A DNA stretch of 64,000 bases from Eubacteriales bacterium (GTDB lineage: Bacteria > Bacillota > Clostridia > Oscillospirales > CAG-272): positions 11,634-75,633 of the forward strand of contig JAZSIF010000031.1 of assembly GCA_045533675.1 (NCBI GenBank), written 5' to 3'. Below are positions 37,940 through 47,871 of this stretch, in pieces. The translations under genes and the position numbers were made by a program. The stretch's first letter is position 1. Each line of letters starts with the position of its first letter. The notes under the pieces are model-generated. The model saw only the letters and a list, made by a program, of their open reading frames with translations, ran no database searches and was not told where the DNA came from.

Positions 37940-38551
37940 TTAGGCACGTTTTGCAAAGATCTTATCAATCAAGCCATATTCCAGCGCTTGTTCGGCGGTC
38001 ATGAAGTTATCGCGTTCGGTATCCCGTGCGATCTCTTCCATTGTACGTCCCGTATTCTCAGCGAGAATACGATTTAAGTTATCTCTGGTGCGGAGAATCA
38101 ATTCAGCCTGAATTTTAATATCGGTAGCCTGACCCTTCGCGCCTCCAAGGGGCTGATGGATCATAATTTCACTATTGGGGAGCGCAATACGCTTCCCCTT
38201 TGCACCTGCGGACAAGAGGAATGCTCCCATGCTTGCCGCCATGCCGATGCAGATGGTGGAAACATCGCACTTGATATAATTCATCGTATCATAAATAGCC
38301 ATTCCGGCGGTTACGGAACCGCCGGGGCTATTGATGTAAAAGCAAATATCCTTATCGGGATCCTGCGCCTCCAGAAACAGAAGCTGTGCAACGACCAAGG
38401 ATGCGGTTGTATCATTAACTTCATCAGACAAAAAGATGATACGGTCATTGAGCAGACGGGAAAAGATATCGTAGGAACGCTCACCTTTGCTTGTTTGTTC
38501 AACCACCATGGGGACTAAAGCGTCATACATTTTGTTTTCAGAATAGAACAT
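37940..38551 (-). CDS. clpP: ATP-dependent Clp protease proteolytic subunit
   Basis: [11 protein letters not shown]; catalytic Ser in [11 protein letters not shown]; IMIHQP. Confidence 0.97.
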   Translation of the reverse strand: MFYSENKMYDALVPMVVEQTSKGERSYDIFSRLLNDRIIFLSDEVNDTTASLVVAQLLFLEAQDPDKDICFYINSPGGSVTAGMAIYDTMNYIKCDVSTICIGMAASMGAFLLSAGAKGKRIALPNSEIMIHQPLGGAKGQATDIKIQAELILRTRDNLNRILAENTGRTMEEIARDTERDNFMTAEQALEYGLIDKIFAKRA

Positions 38552-38598
38552 GCAATCACCTCCAAAATTGTTGCGTGTAATAAATAGGGAAGGGAGAA

Positions 38599-39888
38599 TT
38601 ACGCCTCTTTTGCCTTGATAACAGCCTTTTCCTTTACAAGGTCCATTGCCTTCTTGACCTTCATATCCTCAGCAATGGCGGATGCATCAATGCTTGCCTT
38701 AACCTGATCCAGCTCAATACCGTATGCAGAAGCGATCTTCTCGTATTCTGCGTTGATATCTTCCTCGGTAGCCTCAAGATTTTCAAGAGCGGCAATCTTT
38801 TCAAGAGCCAGTCTTGCCTTAACCTGGCGCTCTGCCTGAGGTCTCATCTGCTCACGAAGGCTATCCAGATTCATGCCGGTGTACTTGAAGTAGGTCTTGA
38901 GATCCAATCCCTGGGAACGAAGTCTGGTGTCATAGTCACGAACGTAGTTTTCGGTCTCAGCCTCAAACATTGCCTCGGGAATGTCAGCCTCAAGCTTCTC
39001 AATGAGTGCCTCAACCAGCTTATCCTCTACCGCGTTTTCAGCGGCAGTCTCGTGTCTCTTTTCAATTTTTGCCTTCATGTCTGCCTTATATTCAGCAAAC
39101 GTATCAAATTCGGAAACATCTTTTGCAAAATCATCATCCAGCTCGGGAAGCTCGACACGGGTGATAGCATGGATTTTTACCTTAAATACAGCGGGCTTGC
39201 CTGCAAGCTCCTCGGCATGATACTCCTCGGGGAAGGTAACGTTTACATCAAATTCTTCATCGATGCTCTTGCCGACAATCTGCTCCTCGAATCCGGGAAT
39301 AAAGGAACCCGAACCGAGCTTGAGAGCATAATCGGTACCCTTGCCTCCATCAAATGCCACACCGTCGCAGAAGCCCTCAAAGTCGATTACGGTGGTGTCG
39401 CCCATTTCAGCGGCACGATCGGTTACGTCGATTTCTCTGGAGTTTCTCTCTCTAATGGTTTCAATTTCCTTATCAACTTCTTCGTCGGTTACCGCGGCAA
39501 CCTCTTTTTCTACTTCAATTCCGAAGTAGTCCTTCAGTTCAACTTCAGGCTTTACATATACCTTTGCGGAAAGAACCAGACCGTTCTCGTCGATGGAAAC
39601 TACGTCAAACTCAGGCTGTCCAACAATCTCAAGCGCGGATTCTTTTGCGGCTTCAGGATAAGCAACGGGGATGAGATCATTGATGGCATCCTCGTAAAAC
39701 ACACCCGTTCCGTACATCTTTTCGATGATAGAGCGAGGAGCTTTACCCTTTCTGAACCCGGGAACGGTGATGGACTTTACCTGCTTGCGGTAAACCTTTT
39801 CTACGGCAGCGTCAAAGGTTGCCTTATCAACCGAGAACTGCAGCTCGTATCTGTTTTTTTCGATTACTTCAGACTTTGTTAAACTCAT
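38599..39888 (-). CDS. tig: Trigger factor
   Basis: N-terminal ribosome-binding GFRKGKAP motif, central FKBP domain, acidic C-terminal arm. Confidence 0.95.
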   Translation of the reverse strand: MSLTKSEVIEKNRYELQFSVDKATFDAAVEKVYRKQVKSITVPGFRKGKAPRSIIEKMYGTGVFYEDAINDLIPVAYPEAAKESALEIVGQPEFDVVSIDENGLVLSAKVYVKPEVELKDYFGIEVEKEVAAVTDEEVDKEIETIRERNSREIDVTDRAAEMGDTTVIDFEGFCDGVAFDGGKGTDYALKLGSGSFIPGFEEQIVGKSIDEEFDVNVTFPEEYHAEELAGKPAVFKVKIHAITRVELPELDDDFAKDVSEFDTFAEYKADMKAKIEKRHETAAENAVEDKLVEALIEKLEADIPEAMFEAETENYVRDYDTRLRSQGLDLKTYFKYTGMNLDSLREQMRPQAERQVKARLALEKIAALENLEATEEDINAEYEKIASAYGIELDQVKASIDASAIAEDMKVKKAMDLVKEKAVIKAKEA

Positions 39889-39980
39889 TTTAGTTTAAAC
39901 CTCCGATTGAAAATAAAATTTTACATACTACTATATTGTACTTTTTTTTGCTAATTTTGTCAATAGTTTTTCGAAAATTA

Positions 39981-40697
39981 TCAAATGATTTCGGGGACAA
40001 AATCCAAATAATCCGCTGAAATCATGCGGAATTCAATACCGTTGTGCATAAAGCTTGCTGGTGCGGTATAACAACTGTGAATGTGACCGAAGAAACAACG
40101 CTGAATTCCATATTCTGTAAGCAATTGCAAGATTTCCTCAGAAATAAAATCGCCCCATAGAGGAGGGAAGTGGAGGAAGGTTAAAATCTCCTTTCCCGAT
40201 GCTGCTTGTAGCGTTTTTGCTTGGTCCAAGGACATTTTTAGACGAATAACCTCTCGATTGATGATTTTTTGATAGTCAACCGTTTGTGTTGCGGTCTGCA
40301 TAGAACGATCCGTAAACCAGCCACGAGAGCCTGCAATGATAGAATCCTCTACCTCCAGAGCATTGTTGTTCAACAATTGAATCGTTGCGATCCCTTGCTC
40401 TTCAAATATTTTATTCATTTTAGAGACGGTGCTCCACCAAAAATCATGATTCCCTTTCATTAAAATCTTCTGTCCCGGAAGACTATCGATCCATCGAAGG
40501 TCAGGAATCGCATCATTTAAGGTGAGAGCCCAGGAAATATCTCCTGGGACAATAACTGTGTCTTGGTCGGTCACCAAGCGTGTCCAGTTTCTTTTAAGCT
40601 TATAGACATAGTTGACCCATCGGTTACCAAAAACCTCCATGGATTTTTGATTGCTTTCCGTATCCAGGTGAAGATCGGCAATCACAAAAATTGACAT
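39981..40697 (-). CDS. Metallophosphoesterase family protein
   Basis: Calcineurin-like motifs IADLHLD, PGDISW, GNHDFWW and GHIH. Confidence 0.8.
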   Translation of the reverse strand: MSIFVIADLHLDTESNQKSMEVFGNRWVNYVYKLKRNWTRLVTDQDTVIVPGDISWALTLNDAIPDLRWIDSLPGQKILMKGNHDFWWSTVSKMNKIFEEQGIATIQLLNNNALEVEDSIIAGSRGWFTDRSMQTATQTVDYQKIINREVIRLKMSLDQAKTLQAASGKEILTFLHFPPLWGDFISEEILQLLTEYGIQRCFFGHIHSCYTAPASFMHNGIEFRMISADYLDFVPEII

Positions 40698-40776
40698 ATC
40701 GTTCTCCTAACAAATAATGAATGAAAAAAATCCTTTTGTGAATACTAATAATATTCTTGTAAAGGAGGAATAAAGA

Positions 40777-40971
40777 ATGAACTGTAATAGCGAAAAGAAT
40801 TGTTCTTCGAACACGGGAAAGGATCACATCAAGGGAATTTGCTGTGATGTAAAAAATTGCGTGTATCACGACTGTGAGACTTACTGCACCGCAAAGCAGA
40901 TCGCGGTTGGTCCCAGTAGCGCAACCAGTAGTTCCGATACGGCTTGCGCCACCTTCAAGGAAAGAAAGTAA
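40777..40971 (+). CDS. DUF1540 domain-containing small Cys-rich protein
   Basis: 64 aa. CCDVKNCVYHDCETYCTAKQIAV...DTACATF matches the DUF1540 pattern. AAGGAGGA ribosome-binding site. Confidence 0.7.
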   Translation: MNCNSEKNCSSNTGKDHIKGICCDVKNCVYHDCETYCTAKQIAVGPSSATSSSDTACATFKERK

Positions 40972-40988
40972 CCAATTGCACTAAAAAC

Positions 40989-41024
40989 CCAAAGGGTTGC
41001 CGCCAAACCGCGGCAACCCTTTGG
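40989..41024. terminator. Terminator hairpin (strong for thrC on the minus strand)
   Basis: 15-bp stem ccaaagggttgccgc / gcggcaaccctttgg. On the minus strand it is followed by gttttt. Confidence 0.75.
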
Positions 41025-41030
41025 CGTTGA

Positions 41031-42509
41031 TTACATAAAAGTATATACTTCCTTGAGCATATCCTCGGAATTGATTACGGTGGTGAAGCGAACCTCACGA
41101 TCAGCAAGGTTGCGAAGGGGTAGAGTGATGTCGGTGTTTGTGAGTGCCGACAGATCATTAAGCGCTTGGGTATCTACGCCTGCTTCTTTGTTGGTAATGG
41201 CTTTGTAAACATCTGCCGCAAACTTATAGGGGCTGGCGGTAGATGCTACAATCATCTTCTTTCCGTCGTTGACGTCTGCCATGAATTTTTCAGCGCAATT
41301 CAAGGCAACCGATGTGTGTGTGTCTGCCAAATAGCCGTAATCCTTATAGAATTTATTCAAGGTTTCCGCCGTTTCACATTCATCCGCGCAATAGCCAACA
41401 AAATTCTCTGCGATCCGATTCTTAATTTCATCGGAAACTGTATATTTACCGGTTTGATTTAACTGTGCCATGTAATCTGCCGTTTTCGTAGAACCTGCGG
41501 TGAAGTAAAGCAGGCGCTCCAGATTGCTGGAGATCAGAATGTCCATAGAGGGAGACATGGTAACGTGGAACTGACGGTTTCGGTCATATGTACCGGTTCT
41601 CAAGAATTCGGTGAGCACATTATTGGAATTGGAAGCGCAGACGAGTTTATTGAGGGGCAGTCCCATTTCCTTGGCGATATATGCCGCAAAAATATTTCCG
41701 AAATTTCCGGTAGGAACACAAACGTTTACTGTCTCACCATAGGTGATCTCCTTGGTGTTTAAGAGATCACAATATGCAGACACATAATACACGATCTGAG
41801 GAGCCAAACGTCCCCAGTTAATCGAGTTTGCGCTGGAAAGGATATAACCGTTTTCTAAGAGCTTTTCTTTGGCATCAGAATCTGAAAAAATCTTCTTAAC
41901 TCCATTTTGCGCATCATCAAAGTTTCCGTAAATCGCGCATACGTTGACATTGTTTCCGGTTTGGGTCGCCATCTGGAGCTTCTGCACCTTGCTGACGCCG
42001 TCAACCGGATAGAATACCATAATCTTAATTCGATCAATATCCTTGTATCCCTCCAAGGCTGCCTTGCCGGTATCTCCGGAGGTTGCTACCAGAATCAGTG
42101 CGGTGTTATCCTCTCCCGTTTTGACCAATGCACGAGAAAGAAGACGGGGCATGATCTGAAGTGCCATGTCCTTGAATGCGGCAGTGGGACCATGCCAAAG
42201 CTCCAAAGAAAAGAGATCGTCTGTTACCTTTTTGAGAGGAGCGGCACCTTCGGGGAAGGAACATTCAGCGTATGCGTTTTGACAATCGGTTGCCAATTCC
42301 TCTGCGGTATAATCCGTCAGAAATTTTCCGAGAACATAGGCTGCTCGTTCGGGGTAGCTCATATCGCACAGATCAAGAATCTCTTTCTTAGACAGTGTAG
42401 GAAGTGATTCGGGAACAAACAGGCCTCCGTCTGTCGCCAATCCTTTTTTGATCACTTCTGCCGCATTGAATTTGTTTTGTTTCGTGTCACGTGTACTGAA
42501 GTACTTCAT
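41031..42509 (-). CDS. thrC: Threonine synthase
   Basis: MKYFSTRD...GLATDGGLFVP N-terminus; PLP lysine region HGPTAAFKDMALQ. The ATG at 42509 is preferred, because the ORF-track start at 42611 would overlap yraN. Confidence 0.92.
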   Translation of the reverse strand: MKYFSTRDTKQNKFNAAEVIKKGLATDGGLFVPESLPTLSKKEILDLCDMSYPERAAYVLGKFLTDYTAEELATDCQNAYAECSFPEGAAPLKKVTDDLFSLELWHGPTAAFKDMALQIMPRLLSRALVKTGEDNTALILVATSGDTGKAALEGYKDIDRIKIMVFYPVDGVSKVQKLQMATQTGNNVNVCAIYGNFDDAQNGVKKIFSDSDAKEKLLENGYILSSANSINWGRLAPQIVYYVSAYCDLLNTKEITYGETVNVCVPTGNFGNIFAAYIAKEMGLPLNKLVCASNSNNVLTEFLRTGTYDRNRQFHVTMSPSMDILISSNLERLLYFTAGSTKTADYMAQLNQTGKYTVSDEIKNRIAENFVGYCADECETAETLNKFYKDYGYLADTHTSVALNCAEKFMADVNDGKKMIVASTASPYKFAADVYKAITNKEAGVDTQALNDLSALTNTDITLPLRNLADREVRFTTVINSEDMLKEVYTFM

Positions 42510-42546
42510 GGTATTGACCTTTCTTGTTTTTTTGATGTGAATAACT

Positions 42547-42936
42547 TTAATTTTTTCCATATGCGTTGGGAATATAGTTGATGTGTAACAGTTTTTTTGT
42601 TTTTTTCTCAAGATACACTTCTATGACATCCATACGAGGTTGCTTGTCAAAACGATTCTCACAGGTCATATATGCCTCTGCCGCACGAATGGTTCTCCAT
42701 TGCTTTCCCTTGGTGACCGCTGAAGCGGCCGAATAAGAAAAAGGAGGAGTATTTGCCATGATCGAGCGCGTTTTTACCTCGACAAACAACAAATAATCAC
42801 GGTTGCTCGCAATAATGTCGATCTCATTATGTGATTGATGCCAATTGGTTTCCAGAATTTTGTAACCCTGCTTTTTCAGATATCTGGCGGCAATGCGTTC
42901 TCCTCGTTTACCTATATCATTAGACAAAATACTCAT
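42547..42936 (-). CDS. yraN: YraN-family endonuclease (UPF0102)
   Basis: GKRGERIAARYLKKQGYKILETNW...EIDIIA...LFVEVKTR pattern. Confidence 0.85.
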   Translation of the reverse strand: MSILSNDIGKRGERIAARYLKKQGYKILETNWHQSHNEIDIIASNRDYLLFVEVKTRSIMANTPPFSYSAASAVTKGKQWRTIRAAEAYMTCENRFDKQPRMDVIEVYLEKKTKKLLHINYIPNAYGKN

Positions 42937-42942
42937 ATGCCC

Positions 42943-43542
42943 TTACCGATCAAGAAAACGAATGAATTTGGTTCGATGTATGGGAGACGGCCCATGCTGT
43001 CTCAGCGCTTCCATGTGGTCCTTGGTGCCATATCCTTTGTGCTTTATGATTCCGTACTGAGGGTATTGGCGATCCAACTCTATACATAAACGATCACGGG
43101 TAACCTTGGCAAGGATGGAGGCAGCAGCGATAGAGGGGGAGATTGCGTCACCGTGTACAACGGGACGGGAAGAAACAGGAAAATCTCTCGCGATATTTCC
43201 ATCAACCAAAGCAAAATCCGCGGGGACCGTCAGTCCTTGGATGGCGCGTCGCATAGCTGACATGGTTGCTTCCAAAATGTTTGTCGCATTGATTTCTTCC
43301 ACAGAGCTTTCGGCAATGGCATAGGACACGGCAGATTCGCAAATCAGATCAAAAAGCTTTTCTCTTTTTTTCTCGGTCAGCTTCTTAGAATCATTCAGCC
43401 CCTCGATATATAATCCGCTTGGCAAAATGACTGCTGCGGCAACCACAGGACCGCAAAGCGGTCCTCGTCCCGCCTCGTCTACACCGCATATTGAATGGTA
43501 GCCAAGAGCAGACAATTCATGTTCTAATTCATAATTTAACAT
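42943..43542 (-). CDS. rnhB: Ribonuclease HII
   Basis: GVDEAGRGPLCGPVVAAAV, DSKKL and SIAAASILAK. Confidence 0.95.
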   Translation of the reverse strand: MLNYELEHELSALGYHSICGVDEAGRGPLCGPVVAAAVILPSGLYIEGLNDSKKLTEKKREKLFDLICESAVSYAIAESSVEEINATNILEATMSAMRRAIQGLTVPADFALVDGNIARDFPVSSRPVVHGDAISPSIAAASILAKVTRDRLCIELDRQYPQYGIIKHKGYGTKDHMEALRQHGPSPIHRTKFIRFLDR

Positions 43543-43543
43543 T

Positions 43544-44419
43544 TTAATTTCTTTCTTCTATTGGATCCAAAGAAATTCGTCCGATTTTAGCGGAACGAAA
43601 CTCATCCAAAAGCATATTGGCGGTGCGTTCTGTATTGACCTCTCCGCCGGAAATCAAGAATCCTCGTTTTTTCCCGATGAGACAAAGCAGATCATAATCA
43701 TCCATGTCCTCAAAAGAGGGAAGTGTTTCTAACTTGTACCGTGTACAAAGCTCGGCGGGGTACATCCGTCTTAATTTGGAGCACAGCATCATAGCGATTT
43801 CTTCGATGTCTAAAACATCGTCCTTGATCGCACCTGTAATTGCCAAATTTTCACCAACCGATTTTTCATCAAATTTTGGCCAAAGCACCCCCGGCATATC
43901 CATCAAAAGAATGCCGATATTGGTGGACACCCATTGCTTATCCAAGGTAACTCCCGGACGGTTCTCCACCTTTGCTTTTTTATTGCCGCAAAGTCGATTG
44001 ATCAGGGAAGATTTTCCGACGTTTGGAATCCCTACTACCATCGCCTTGAGGGAACGACCTCCCATTCCTTTTTGTTCGTAACGAGCCAATTTTTCCTCAC
44101 ATAATGTGCGAAGAGCAGGGGATATTTGAGAAATTCCGGTGCCGATTACACAGTCGGTTTCTATACAAATTGTGTGCTCATTGGTATATTTTTTTGCCCA
44201 CGCACGTGTCACAGCGGGATCGGCTAAGGAGGATTTGTTCAGCAGAATAATGGACGGCTTTTCCGTGCAGAGCTTTGCGATTTCTGGATTTCGAGAACTA
44301 TAAGGAATTCTGGCATCCAAAAGCTCGATCACAGCATCCACATTTTTTAGATTCTCTGTAATCAATCTGCGGGTTTTCGCCATGTGACCGGGGAACCATT
44401 GAATATTCTGTGACGGCAT
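43544..44419 (-). CDS. rbgA: Ribosome biogenesis GTPase A (YlqF)
   Basis: Circularly permuted GTPase: WFPGHMAK, LNKSSL then GIPNVGKSSLIN and DMPGVLWP. Confidence 0.9.
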   Translation of the reverse strand: MPSQNIQWFPGHMAKTRRLITENLKNVDAVIELLDARIPYSSRNPEIAKLCTEKPSIILLNKSSLADPAVTRAWAKKYTNEHTICIETDCVIGTGISQISPALRTLCEEKLARYEQKGMGGRSLKAMVVGIPNVGKSSLINRLCGNKKAKVENRPGVTLDKQWVSTNIGILLMDMPGVLWPKFDEKSVGENLAITGAIKDDVLDIEEIAMMLCSKLRRMYPAELCTRYKLETLPSFEDMDDYDLLCLIGKKRGFLISGGEVNTERTANMLLDEFRSAKIGRISLDPIEERN

Positions 44420-44446
44420 AAGTTCCTCCTTTCAAAAAAGTAAAAA

Positions 44447-45097
44447 TTATTGAACCGTACCAAAACGGTCAAAGGGAGTGATTCGAAACATAACCTTTCC
44501 GAGAACACGGCGTTCGTCCACGAATCCAATATTAGGGTGTCGGCTATCCAGAGAATTATTTCGATTATCTCCCATCACGAAAAGCATTCCCGTTGGAACC
44601 GTTACGGATAAAGGAAATGTGCTGTAAGGGCTACCCTCGTATTTTACATATGGCTCCGACAACTTTGATTTGCGTCCCGACAGATCGGTAATTGTAATTT
44701 CCATGACGCCGTTTTCGTATAAAACAGAGACATGTTCGCCTTCGGTAGCAATTACCCGTTTTACGATAGGCTCGTTTAAAGTCTTTGTTTGGTGAAAAAC
44801 AATAATGTCACCCCGTTCCGGCGTATAAAACCAATCGGAAACTAAAAGGTTTTCTTCTTTGAAAAGTGTGTTTTCCATGGATTCACCATCCACAGTACAA
44901 ATACGGAACGCAAAGGAGAAAATCAAGATCACTGCGCAAACCGCAAACACAAACATTTCAAGATAATCAACTGCTTCCTTCAAAAAGAATTTTTTTGGGG
45001 TAACAGAAGACTCTGATACAGGGACAGATTCTGTAACATCCGTTAAATCATCGATATTTTGCTCGTTTGGGGTGGACCGCTGATTTTGTTCAGACAT
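44447..45097 (-). CDS. lepB: Signal peptidase I
   Basis: TM anchor; catalytic Ser box DGESMENTL; KRVIA box; GDNRNNSLDSR. The ATG at 45097 is preceded by GAAAGGA. Confidence 0.9.
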   Translation of the reverse strand: MSEQNQRSTPNEQNIDDLTDVTESVPVSESSVTPKKFFLKEAVDYLEMFVFAVCAVILIFSFAFRICTVDGESMENTLFKEENLLVSDWFYTPERGDIIVFHQTKTLNEPIVKRVIATEGEHVSVLYENGVMEITITDLSGRKSKLSEPYVKYEGSPYSTFPLSVTVPTGMLFVMGDNRNNSLDSRHPNIGFVDERRVLGKVMFRITPFDRFGTVQ

Positions 45098-45114
45098 AGT
45101 GTGTCCTTTCAAGA

Positions 45115-46329
45115 TTATTTTTCGATCAACTGCTCCATTAAGGTGAATCCGTTGGGAACATAGCGTTTGGTTGCCATTGCTGTCTGTTCGTCAAAGGTTT
45201 GGACACCGTTTTCTTTCTTTTTGGAGGAATAGATTAAGAAGGGAACAGGATCAATGGTATGCGTGCGAAGATGCAGAGGTGTGGGGTGATCGGGAAGAAT
45301 CATGATCTTATAGTCCTCGCCCGTGGATTTTAAATAGTCCCAAACAGGAGTGAGAATCTTTTCGTCAATCAGTTCGATTGCCTTAACCTTGTTCTCAATT
45401 TCCGCACGGTGACCGCATTCATCGGGACCTTCCACGTGGATATAAACAAGTTCAACACCGTTTTTGAATGCTTCAATAGCGGCATTGGCTTTTCCCGTAT
45501 AGTTGGTATGTACGTTGCCCGTAGCGCCTTCTACGTCAATAGACTGCATTTCGGCACAAAGTCCGATACCCTTGATAAGGTCAACTGCCGAAATAACCGC
45601 GGCATTCAAACCCCACTTTTCCTTAAAAGAGGGAAGTTGAGGTTTTTTTCCCGGGCTCCAGAGCCATGCGGAGTTCGCGGGCTTTAAGCCTCTTGCTTTT
45701 CTGGCGATGTTGACGGGATGATCCTTCAAAATATCGTAGCTTTCCTTCATTAACTTCAGAAACTCTTCGCCGCCGTCTTCCACACGGGGAAGATATTCGC
45801 CGATTCTTTTGCCCAAAATATCATGAGGGCGCATGAAATTGTAGCGATCATTTCCGTTCTTCCAAATCAGACAGTGACGGTAGCTGACACCTGTATAAAA
45901 CTTGCGCAATTCATTTCCCATCTTTTCTTCCAAGGTTTTGATGAGAAGATCAGCTTCCCCAGTCGTAATTTCGTCGGCGCTATGATCGAGAATGATACGA
46001 TCCTCATAGCAATCCTGCTCCTCGGTGAGTGTCACCACGTTGCAACGATATGCCGTTTCGTCGGGCTGCATCACGATTCCCATGCTGACCGCTTCCAGGG
46101 GAGAACGTCCTTTGGAAAAGATCTTGGGATCAAAGGAAAGAATCGCCATGTTAGCCGTATCACTTTCAGGAACCATTCCTTCGGGAACGTTAGAAACAGT
46201 GCCTACCACGGATTCCTTAGCGAGACTGTCCATAGAGGGCTTATTTGCTTTCTGCATAGGTGTTACGTGTCCGAGCGCTTCTACCGGAACGTCAGCCATA
46301 CCATCAGGAATTAAAACTAAATATTTCAT
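45115..46329 (-). CDS. Cofactor-independent phosphoglycerate mutase family protein (ApgM-like / proposed alternative homoserine kinase type)
   Basis: MKYLVLIPDGMAD N-terminus, metalloenzyme-superfamily pattern, and VEGPDECGH and LPDHPTP motifs. Confidence 0.8.
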   Translation of the reverse strand: MKYLVLIPDGMADVPVEALGHVTPMQKANKPSMDSLAKESVVGTVSNVPEGMVPESDTANMAILSFDPKIFSKGRSPLEAVSMGIVMQPDETAYRCNVVTLTEEQDCYEDRIILDHSADEITTGEADLLIKTLEEKMGNELRKFYTGVSYRHCLIWKNGNDRYNFMRPHDILGKRIGEYLPRVEDGGEEFLKLMKESYDILKDHPVNIARKARGLKPANSAWLWSPGKKPQLPSFKEKWGLNAAVISAVDLIKGIGLCAEMQSIDVEGATGNVHTNYTGKANAAIEAFKNGVELVYIHVEGPDECGHRAEIENKVKAIELIDEKILTPVWDYLKSTGEDYKIMILPDHPTPLHLRTHTIDPVPFLIYSSKKKENGVQTFDEQTAMATKRYVPNGFTLMEQLIEK

Positions 46330-46364
46330 ATTTAATTACCTCAAACCATAAAAAATCATTATAT

Positions 46365-46393
46365 ATTATAACATAAAAAACCTCTATTTACAA
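46365..46393 (-). promoter_or_regulatory. Sigma-A promoter candidate for the apgM-like/lepB/rbgA/rnhB/yraN gene string
   Basis: On the minus strand: TTGTAA, 17 nt, TATAAT. Confidence 0.5.
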
Positions 46394-46426
46394 GGATATT
46401 AAAAATTATTTAACAAATAAAAGATG

Positions 46427-46464
46427 AGAAAAAGAGGCGATTTTCAAATCGCCTCTTTTTCTCA
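46427..46464. terminator. Bidirectional Rho-independent terminator
   Basis: gagaaaaagaggcgatt / aatcgcctctttttctc. Confidence 0.8.
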
Positions 46465-46472
46465 AAAATATC

Positions 46473-46898
46473 TTATTGCATATTATCTATAATTGTATGT
46501 ACCCAATCCAAAATGTCTTTCTTATCGTCCTCGGTCACCTTACTTCCGAAGAGACCAATTTTGATATATTTCACATTCTGTGAAACATTGGTACCGGTCT
46601 GTCCAAGAACCTCGAGCAAACGGTTTGCGATTTTTTCGTCACCGTCTACCAAAAGAGCGACGTTCTGGGCTTTTTTCTTATCCAACTCTCCGCAAAAACG
46701 GCGAAGAACGTCATCGGGTTCACCCTTGCCGGATACCGCTAAAATAACGAGTCTTTCGTTGGCACAGGGATAAGCAGGGGGGATTTGATCGATTGCGTTG
46801 TGATTCGCGCCCAAATCAAATTCGGTCTTTACAAGATCGGCAAATGCTTTCATTTTGCTTTTCCCGGAATAATACAAAAATCTCATTTTCAGTGCCAT
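46473..46898 (-). CDS. Hypothetical protein (flavodoxin-like alternation of strands and helices; unassigned)
   Basis: GGAGGA ribosome-binding site 5 nt before the ATG at 46898. 141 aa. No motif recognised. Confidence 0.5.
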   Translation of the reverse strand: MALKMRFLYYSGKSKMKAFADLVKTEFDLGANHNAIDQIPPAYPCANERLVILAVSGKGEPDDVLRRFCGELDKKKAQNVALLVDGDEKIANRLLEVLGQTGTNVSQNVKYIKIGLFGSKVTEDDKKDILDWVHTIIDNMQ

Positions 46899-47175
46899 AA
46901 TGTTCCTCCAAAAACAGGTATAGAATTTATAGGTCCATTATAACAAGAAACCGTGGAATAATCAATAGTTTTTTTGAATTTTGACAATTTTTTTCTATTT
47001 TAGTAGGATAACAGGTAATTTTGCTTGACGACACACAAAGAGTGTGATAAAATATAATGAAAGGGACAGAAGGGATGGTAGGAACATCTCCAATGTGCTG
47101 CGTGGGGCTGTGTGGAAAAAGCAATTATACAAAATGCAAATTTTGTATAATTTGGGGAATAAAAAGAGGGAGAAA

Positions 47176-47865
47176 ATGCTTGATTTCAACTATTTGATCA
47201 TATCCAATCAGATATTTAATGAGGATCAAGCCCAATCAACATTTGAGTTCTTTTCACGACTGGGTATTAAAAAATTTTTTGTTACCTATAACGTTGATTT
47301 ATCATGTCAATCGTTTCGTCGTGCGATTTCTTCGATAAAGAAACTTCAAATAAAACTTTCCAATGTTTGTCCAAAATTTTCTTCGGTTTTTGTATATCCC
47401 ATGCTCTCGCTTTCAAAGGACGCTGTGAAAAATCCATGCGTGCAATCCTTGGGGTTGGGGTCTCAAATGATTTTAACGCAACTACCGTGGATTCGCATGT
47501 CCGACGATGATTTTTGGCTGAATGAGAATCTTAATTTTTTAGTCCGCAAGAATCACCTTACCCCGATCTTTGTTTCCTTTGAGCAGTTTGCTCGATTGAA
47601 TTCCTCGGATGTTATGCAGCGTCTATTTCAATCCTCTGGGCTCTCCTTTGGTCTGGATTTGAATTTTATCACCGCCACAGAATCACGTTCGTTTATGGAA
47701 CAAGCAATTATACAAAATATTTCCATCTATCCGGTACTTTCCAATGATATTTCTTGTTATCGCGGTGTCGATAAAGCTATGGAATCGTTTCGAAAACAGA
47801 TTGGGGACACTCGATATGTGCAATTCTGTCGGATGCTGCATATAGGGGGCTTGTTATTGAAATAA
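47176..47865 (+). CDS. Hypothetical protein; possible catalytically degenerate CpsB/YwqE-type PHP-domain homologue
   Basis: GAGGGAG ribosome-binding site before the ATG at 47176. The hydrophobic pattern parallels CpsB-type PHP phosphatases, but the His/Asp metal ligands are replaced (see findings). Confidence 0.5.
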   Translation: MLDFNYLIISNQIFNEDQAQSTFEFFSRLGIKKFFVTYNVDLSCQSFRRAISSIKKLQIKLSNVCPKFSSVFVYPMLSLSKDAVKNPCVQSLGLGSQMILTQLPWIRMSDDDFWLNENLNFLVRKNHLTPIFVSFEQFARLNSSDVMQRLFQSSGLSFGLDLNFITATESRSFMEQAIIQNISIYPVLSNDISCYRGVDKAMESFRKQIGDTRYVQFCRMLHIGGLLLK

Positions 47866-47871
47866 ATCCAT

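Noticed and set aside
39052-39882. 276-aa ORF antisense to trigger factor
   Set aside because: Same reasoning as the other long antisense ORFs: no ribosome-binding site, no domain, and it sits opposite a certain gene.
42510-42611. 34-codon N-terminal extension of thrC given by the ORF track
   Set aside because: The extension overlaps the 3' end of yraN and encodes a basic, non-conserved peptide. Threonine synthases start at MKYFSTRD.
46351-46380. ATTATATATTATAACATAAA resembling the central part of a Firmicute dif site
   Set aside because: Only the AT core matches and the flanking XerC/XerD arms do not. The same bases are better explained as the -10 region of the minus-strand TTGTAA-17-TATAAT promoter.
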